A DNA stretch of 64,000 bases from Porticoccaceae bacterium. GTDB lineage: Bacteria > Pseudomonadota > Gammaproteobacteria > Pseudomonadales > Porticoccaceae. The position numbers were made by a program, and so were the translations under genes. Location: assembly GCA_026005035.1 (NCBI GenBank), contig BPKH01000001.1, forward strand, positions 269,610 to 333,609, written 5' to 3'. How positions within the stretch are numbered: the stretch's first letter is position 1; each line of letters opens with the position of its first letter. Below are positions 58,966 to 64,000 of this stretch, in pieces. The notes under the pieces are model-generated. The model was given only the letters and a program-made list of their open reading frames with translations, had not been told where the DNA came from and did not search any database.

Positions 58966-60131
58966 CCGCTGCCAAACGGGCGTTGGGCATCGTCGAGCTC
59001 GCCCTCGGGGAGGAGGGGCGGGACCGCGCCGCCGAGGTGCTGCGGGCCCTGTTCGCCGAGCGATTGTCCGCCTGGCTGGGCCCACGCGGGCAGCAGCGGC
59101 CGGCGGGGGCCGACAAGGTGCTGGTGGTGCTCCCCGAGGTGGCGGACGAGGCGGCCCTCGAGGCGCGCCTCGAGTCCCTCTTCGCCGCCCTGGAAGGCCC
59201 CATCGCCTTGGCCGGCCGCCGCGGTGCAGCCATCTACGCCGGTTTCACCTTCCACGACCCGGGCGGCAACCTGCACGGCGCCGTGCGGGAAGCCGGCCAG
59301 GCCCTGGCGCGGGCCAAGGCGCTCCGGATCGGCTGGCTGCTCTACGGCCGCGAGCCGGAACTGGCGGCCGACGCCCCCGGCCGGCTTCAAGACCTCGAGG
59401 AGGCACTGAGCCTGGGAGAATTCCAACTCCACTTCCAGGCGCGCCTCCACCCCGTCTACCGCTCCCTTGCCGGCGCCGAGGCCTTTTTGCGCTGGCACAC
59501 CCGCCACCGCAAGGTGCTCGCGCCCGAGCAATTCCTCCCCGCGGAGAGCCACCATCCCGTGGTGGAGGCCCTCTACGCCTGGGCGCTCAAGGCGGCCGTG
59601 GCCCGCCTCGCCCGCTGGCGGCAGCGGCTCCACCTCCAGCTCGCCCTGCCGGCCCGCCTCCTGGCCCGCCCGGGACTGGCCCTGGCGCTGGCCGACGCCT
59701 GTGCCCTGCACGGCGTCGAACCCGGCCGCATCCTGCTCGCCTTTCCCCAGGACGCCCTGCTGTCCGGCCCGGGCGCGGCGGAGGCGGCGGCGAGCGGCGC
59801 GGGCCTCGTCGCCGTCAATCGAGGCGAGAGTCTCGCCTCGGCCCTGGCGGGGATCCGCGCCCTGCCGGAACAGGGCGGCATCCTGCGGGAATTCAAGCTG
59901 GCGCCCCCGGAACCGGCCATCCTGGTGCGCGACCTGGCCTACCGGCAGATGCTGCGCCGCCTGGTGGAGGAGGCCCACCGCCGGCGCCTGAAGGTGGCCT
60001 TTGCCGGCGCCGACCACGAGAAGATCGCCGAGGTGGCGCGGGAGATCGGCTGCGACCTGGTCCAGGGGCGCTTCTACGACATTGTCCTGCCCCTCCAGGA
60101 GTTTGAGGCCCGCCACCAGTTGCGGCCCTAG
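58962..60131 (+). CDS. degenerate GGDEF-EAL domain protein (probably non-catalytic)
   Basis: GTG 58962 overlaps the HD-GYP stop (GTGA). GADKVLVVL stands in place of GGDEFxxLL. The EAL region reads EFQLHFQ...GAEAFLRW...VQGRFY but lacks DDFGTG (VNRGES) and EGVE (GADHE). Confidence 0.65.
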   Translation: MTAAKRALGIVELALGEEGRDRAAEVLRALFAERLSAWLGPRGQQRPAGADKVLVVLPEVADEAALEARLESLFAALEGPIALAGRRGAAIYAGFTFHDPGGNLHGAVREAGQALARAKALRIGWLLYGREPELAADAPGRLQDLEEALSLGEFQLHFQARLHPVYRSLAGAEAFLRWHTRHRKVLAPEQFLPAESHHPVVEALYAWALKAAVARLARWRQRLHLQLALPARLLARPGLALALADACALHGVEPGRILLAFPQDALLSGPGAAEAAASGAGLVAVNRGESLASALAGIRALPEQGGILREFKLAPPEPAILVRDLAYRQMLRRLVEEAHRRRLKVAFAGADHEKIAEVAREIGCDLVQGRFYDIVLPLQEFEARHQLRP

Positions 60132-61021
60132 CCGGCGGCTTCCTTCCAGACCGGAGGCCCCGGCTCTCGGTAGCGGTCGAGGGGGCTCGGCCGCCCGTCG
60201 GAGCCGTAGTAGCCGCCGCTAGCAATCCCCGGTGCGGTGAGCAGGTAGAGGATCACCTCGGCGCCCTGGGCTGGCGTCTTCATGCCCGCTTCGGCGGGGC
60301 TGCGCCCGCCCAGGAAGCGGCGTCCCAGCTCGGTGTCCACGAAACCCGGCGTGCAGGCCGCCACTCGCCACTCGGGGTGCTCGCGGGCCAGGATGGCGGT
60401 GAGGGCGTTGGCGAGCGCCTTGGAGAACCCGTACGCCCCGGGCCAGGGAAGACCCCGGGCGCGCAGCGCCTCCGGTCCGCCCCGCAGGCAGTCGGTAACC
60501 AGCGCCTCGAATTCGGGCCGCGCCAGGGCGGGATCGGTGAAAAAGCGCCGCCAGCGGGGCGGGCAGCGGGCCACGTAGTTGGGACCGGCGGCCGAGCTGA
60601 CGTTGACCACGCGCCCACCCGGGCCGAGGAACCGGCCCAGGCGGCGACACACCCGATCGATTCCCCGCACGTTGACCTCGAGCACCGCCTGCAGGTTTCC
60701 GTCGGCCACGCCGGCGTTGTTGACGATCCCCCACAGGGGTGGTCCGCCGGCCCGCTCCAGTAAGGAAGCCGCAGCCGCCACCGAATCCTCGTCGGCGACG
60801 TCGAGGGGCAGCACGGCGAGGCGCCCTTCGGCCTCCGGCCGCGCTGCGAGCAGTTGGCCGCGCACCGCCTCGCCCCGCTGTGCGTCCCGCGCGCCGAGCC
60901 AAACCCAAACCTCGGGCAGGCGCGCTGTGAGCCCTTCCACCACCGCCCGGCCGATGCCCCGGGTGGCACCGGTCACCACCACCGCCCGGGCGGCGCGGTC
61001 AGAAGCTGTCGGTGCCGGCAT
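60128..61021 (-). CDS. SDR-family oxidoreductase (carbonyl-reductase-like)
   Basis: VVVTGATRGIGRAV, NNAG, YGFSKALANAL. Its start overlaps the pilU-like stop by 23 nt. Confidence 0.75.
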   Translation of the reverse strand: MPAPTASDRAARAVVVTGATRGIGRAVVEGLTARLPEVWVWLGARDAQRGEAVRGQLLAARPEAEGRLAVLPLDVADEDSVAAAASLLERAGGPPLWGIVNNAGVADGNLQAVLEVNVRGIDRVCRRLGRFLGPGGRVVNVSSAAGPNYVARCPPRWRRFFTDPALARPEFEALVTDCLRGGPEALRARGLPWPGAYGFSKALANALTAILAREHPEWRVAACTPGFVDTELGRRFLGGRSPAEAGMKTPAQGAEVILYLLTAPGIASGGYYGSDGRPSPLDRYREPGPPVWKEAAG

Positions 61022-62207
61022 CGGTGCGCCGCCCCTCCTCGATGCGCTCGATCTCGAACTCGCCGAAGGCGCCCCCCGGCCGGCCGGCCCGCGGGCTCTT
61101 GAAGCGGATGTACTGCTGCACCTGGGTGCGGGAGGTGGCGTGGTCGCAGGCCACCTCGGCGCTGATCACCCCGCGGTCGTAGAGCTCGCACAGGCACTGG
61201 TCGAAGGTCTGCATGCCGTAGTTGCGCCCCTCCTCCACGGCGGCGCGGATCGCGTCCCAATCCCGTCGGGCGATCAGCTCGGCGATGCGGGTGGTGTTGA
61301 CCAGAATCTCCAGCGCCGCGGTCTTGCCCCCCGACTCGGTGGGCACCAGCCGCTGGCAGATGATCGCCCGCAGGTTCTGGGCGAGCCGCTTGGCCTCCTG
61401 CTCCTCCGTCTCACGGTCGAAGAAGGAGAGCATGCGCTCGAGCGATGAGGCCGCGGTGTTGGCGTGCAGGGTCGACAGGCACAGGTGGCCGGTGTTGGCG
61501 AAGCGCAGGGCGTACTCCATGCTCACCGCGTCGCGGATCTCCCCCATCAGAATCACGTCGGGGGCCTCCCGCATGGCCGCGCGCATGCCGCTCTCGAAGC
61601 TCAGAGTGTCGGTGCCCACCTCCCGCTGGGCCACCAGCGACTTTTTGTGGGAGTGCAGGTACTCGATGGGGTCTTCCAGGGTAATGATGTTTCCGGGCAG
61701 GTTGGCGTTGCGGTGGTCGATCATCGCCGCGAGGGTGGTGGACTTGCCGGAGCCGGTCGCCCCGGAGACCACGATGAGGCCGTTTTTCCCCTCCACCAGG
61801 CTCTTGAGGATCGGCGGCAGGCCGAGGCCGTCGATGGTGGGCACCTCGCCGGAGACGTAGCGCATGACGATGGAGACGTCGCCGCGCTGGCGGAAGGCGT
61901 TGCCGCGAAAGCGCCCGAGACCCCCTACGGAAAAGGAAAAGTCCACCTCGCCGGCGGCCTCGAACTCGGCCATCTTGCGCTCGCTCAGCATCGCCGCGAG
62001 CAGCGCCGCCGTCTCGCCGGGGCGCAACGCCCTGCCCACCGCGGCAAAGCCGAAGGGCCCCTTGAGGGTGGGGCGGGCGCCGGTGTACAAGAAGAGGTCG
62101 GAGGCGCGCTTTTCCACCACCAGGCCGAGCAGGGGGGCGAGCAACGCCTCCGGGCCGCGCTCCTCGCCCGCCGCCTCGCCCCCGCTCACGGTCTGCTCTT
62201 CGTCCAT
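60999..62207 (-). CDS. pilU: PilT/PilU-family hexameric ATPase (PilU-like)
   Basis: VEKRASDLFLYTGARPTLK, Walker A GATGSGKSTT, EDPIEY, MGEIRD, GHLCLSTLHAN, GMQTFDQCLCELYDRGVIS. It lacks the PilT AIRNLIRE motif. GGAGG RBS. Confidence 0.7.
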   Translation of the reverse strand: MDEEQTVSGGEAAGEERGPEALLAPLLGLVVEKRASDLFLYTGARPTLKGPFGFAAVGRALRPGETAALLAAMLSERKMAEFEAAGEVDFSFSVGGLGRFRGNAFRQRGDVSIVMRYVSGEVPTIDGLGLPPILKSLVEGKNGLIVVSGATGSGKSTTLAAMIDHRNANLPGNIITLEDPIEYLHSHKKSLVAQREVGTDTLSFESGMRAAMREAPDVILMGEIRDAVSMEYALRFANTGHLCLSTLHANTAASSLERMLSFFDRETEEQEAKRLAQNLRAIICQRLVPTESGGKTAALEILVNTTRIAELIARRDWDAIRAAVEEGRNYGMQTFDQCLCELYDRGVISAEVACDHATSRTQVQQYIRFKSPRAGRPGGAFGEFEIERIEEGRRTDAGTDSF

Positions 62208-62240
62208 GGCCGGCCTCCGCCCGCTGAAGGGGCGTTCATG

Positions 62241-63770
62241 CTACCACGGGGCATCCCCCTCGGCCTCCACCGCCCGCACCTCGAATTCGGCCAGGCGGGC
62301 GTTGCAGGCCTCGAGCTCGTCGGCGGACAGCTCCCGGCCCCGGGCCGCTTCGGGAAGGTCGAGGCAGAGGTGGAAGTAGCGCGCCCCGCGGCCGACCACG
62401 GCGGCGGCGAGGTGCACCGGCAGGATGCCCACCACCCAGTCGCCCGCCTCCACCTCGGCCGGGTCCAGGTGGGCGACCACTCGATCTGGCGCCAAGCCCC
62501 GGCGGCGCAGCCACTCGACCGCTCCGGGATGGCGGGTCACCAGGATCCGCCGCCCCCGGGGCGCAGGCTGCGCCACCCCCTGCTCGAGGCGTTCGGCGAA
62601 ATGGTCGAGGAGTGACCGGACCGCCTTTTGCAACGCGTCTGCCTTGCGGGGTTGGCGGTTGTAGCCGGCGTGGAGCAGGTCATTGCGGGCGCTGCTCCAG
62701 GGATTGTGGCCGCGGTGGGCGCGGCGCTCGGCGGCGTTCCAGGCGGCTTCGGCGCGCCGCCGCGCCTGGGGATCGAAGGCGGCGCCGGGCGTGGCGCCCG
62801 CCCGTTCCGCGTACAGGCTCACGAGCCCCTCGCGAGCGACCGCCGCCGCCTCGAGGAGCCGCCTTTGTCGGTACTGGCGGCGGGCGAGGGCGAGCAGAGC
62901 GGCAAGGCCGTCGCGGTCCGCCAAATCCTCTGCCACGAGATCCGCGAGGCCCTCGGCGACCCGCTCCAGGAGGGGAGCGGCCACCGGCAGGTGGCCGGAC
63001 AACTCCTCCCCGAACTGCTCCAGAGCGTCGAGCAGTCGCCGTGCGCTGCCCGGTCGGCCGGCCCCCTCGCCGGCGATCAGCTGCTGGACGCGCAGCGCCT
63101 GGTAGTCGGCGACATACTCGGACAATGCCCTTACCACCGGGCGGGTGCGGGGCCAGCGGTCGCCCGCTTGTCGCCGGGCGAGGCCCGCCCGCAGGGTGCG
63201 ATCCGCTTCCTCCAACAAGCGGACGAGGGGATCGCCCCGCCCGCCTTCGACGAACAGGGTCGCGGCAGCCGCCCAGTCGACCAGTTCCAGCAGCCAGGAG
63301 AGATCCCAGATGGGCGAAATCCGCGGTTCCTCGGGCAAAAACCGCCCGTAGAGGATGCGCATCGGCCGTCCCTGGGCGAGGCCCAGTTGGCGCAAATAGC
63401 TCAGGCAGGCGCAGGCGAGGAGCGGCTGGGTGCGAAAGCCGTGGGTGACATCCACCCAGAGCTCGCCGCAGGGTTCCGAGAAGACCGCAAAGAGCCTCTC
63501 GAACGCCCTCACGAGCTCTTCCCGATTCCGCCCGGTGGGGATTTCTCGGAGCGCCACCGGGCGCGGCGCCAGCGCCGCCGCCACCACTTGACCGTGGACC
63601 GCGAGGGCCTCTGCGGACGCCACCAGCGTCACCCGGTCCACGGCGGCGAGCTCGGCGATGGCCAGAGCCACATGGGCCGTTTCCACCACCGCGCCTGCCT
63701 CGTCCAGCCGGTAACCGGTGACCTGGTAGCAACCGGTGCCGAGAAAGCTCACCAGATGGCGGTCGCTCAT
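62241..63770 (-). CDS. CARF (DxTHG / TM1812-type) - HEPN (RNDLLH) - Csx16-like fusion protein
   Basis: ATG 63770 overlaps the nfo stop (ATGA). [20 protein letters not shown]; VDVTHGFR (63432..63455); [14 protein letters not shown]; Rx4H motif RNDLLH (62670..62687). C-terminal [64 protein letters not shown] (62280..62552). Confidence 0.7.
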   Translation of the reverse strand: MSDRHLVSFLGTGCYQVTGYRLDEAGAVVETAHVALAIAELAAVDRVTLVASAEALAVHGQVVAAALAPRPVALREIPTGRNREELVRAFERLFAVFSEPCGELWVDVTHGFRTQPLLACACLSYLRQLGLAQGRPMRILYGRFLPEEPRISPIWDLSWLLELVDWAAAATLFVEGGRGDPLVRLLEEADRTLRAGLARRQAGDRWPRTRPVVRALSEYVADYQALRVQQLIAGEGAGRPGSARRLLDALEQFGEELSGHLPVAAPLLERVAEGLADLVAEDLADRDGLAALLALARRQYRQRRLLEAAAVAREGLVSLYAERAGATPGAAFDPQARRRAEAAWNAAERRAHRGHNPWSSARNDLLHAGYNRQPRKADALQKAVRSLLDHFAERLEQGVAQPAPRGRRILVTRHPGAVEWLRRRGLAPDRVVAHLDPAEVEAGDWVVGILPVHLAAAVVGRGARYFHLCLDLPEAARGRELSADELEACNARLAEFEVRAVEAEGDAPW

Positions 63771-64000
63771 CGCGAGCGCACCTGGGTGCGGCGCGCCGCG
63801 CGGGCCGCGGCCAGGGACTTGAGCCAGGCGATCTCCTCGGGCCAACGCGCGGGATCGACGGTCTCGAGGATCATCGGCAGGCCGTCGAAGCGCGGGTCGC
63901 CCATCAGGTATTCGAACACCGTGCAGCCGAGCTCGCCGGCGTGGAGGCTGTGGTGGCGGTCCACCCGACTGCCGAAGCGCGCCTTGCTGCCATTGAGGTG
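63767..64000 (-). CDS. nfo: deoxyribonuclease IV (endonuclease IV), 3' part only; continues beyond the window
   Basis: ORF 63767..63964 stays open to nt 64000. ...[50 protein letters not shown] is the Nfo C-terminus. Confidence 0.8.
   Translation of the reverse strand, partial: HLNGSKARFGSRVDRHHSLHAGELGCTVFEYLMGDPRFDGLPMILETVDPARWPEEIAWLKSLAAARAARRTQVRSR

Overview
This is a very GC-rich chromosomal segment; third codon positions are almost all G/C. All product calls below come from reading motifs and recalled family features by eye; no database, HMM or folding tool was run. The gene order is the arrangement I know from Pseudomonas-type Gammaproteobacteria (inference): ruvCAB-ybgC-tolQRAB-pal-cpoB-queE-queC, tsaD divergent from rpsU-yqeY-dnaG-rpoD, and folB-folK near cca. 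I can support about 65 protein-coding genes and 3 tRNAs (Lys-UUU, Arg-CCG, and a CAU tRNA that looks like tRNA-Ile2). I see no rRNA, no CRISPR array and no transposase or integrase. Layout: (i) 1-10.5 kb is an accessory, catabolic-looking cluster ending at the 3' side of tRNA-Lys. It holds a MaoC-like dehydratase, two LLM oxidoreductases, TetR, a sulfotransferase, a TIM-barrel isomerase, a DUF1214-like protein, a TonB-dependent receptor and a SnoaL-like protein. (ii) 11-55 kb is housekeeping: potABCD, queCE, Tol-Pal, ruvCAB, proB, obg, rpmA/rplU, ispB, pntAA/AB/B, PMM-galU, fabAB, ssb, galE, uvrA, mscS, cca, folKB, tsaD, rpsU-dnaG-rpoD. (iii) 55-64 kb is signalling-like. It holds a non-canonical HD-GYP coupled to a degenerate GGDEF-EAL, then a co-directional nfo / CARF-HEPN-Csx16 fusion / pilU-like ATPase / SDR block. 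Main observations: (1) the orphan CARF(DxTHG)-HEPN-Csx16 fusion has no CRISPR-Cas context in view; (2) seven genes are broken by nine single-base homopolymer insertions, six of them inside 2 kb (queC, queE, cpoB x3, pal), which is most likely an assembly artefact but needs checking; (3) a REPIN-like palindromic repeat family occurs at four intergenic loci; (4) tolA carries five identical 14-aa repeats that differ only by synonymous changes.
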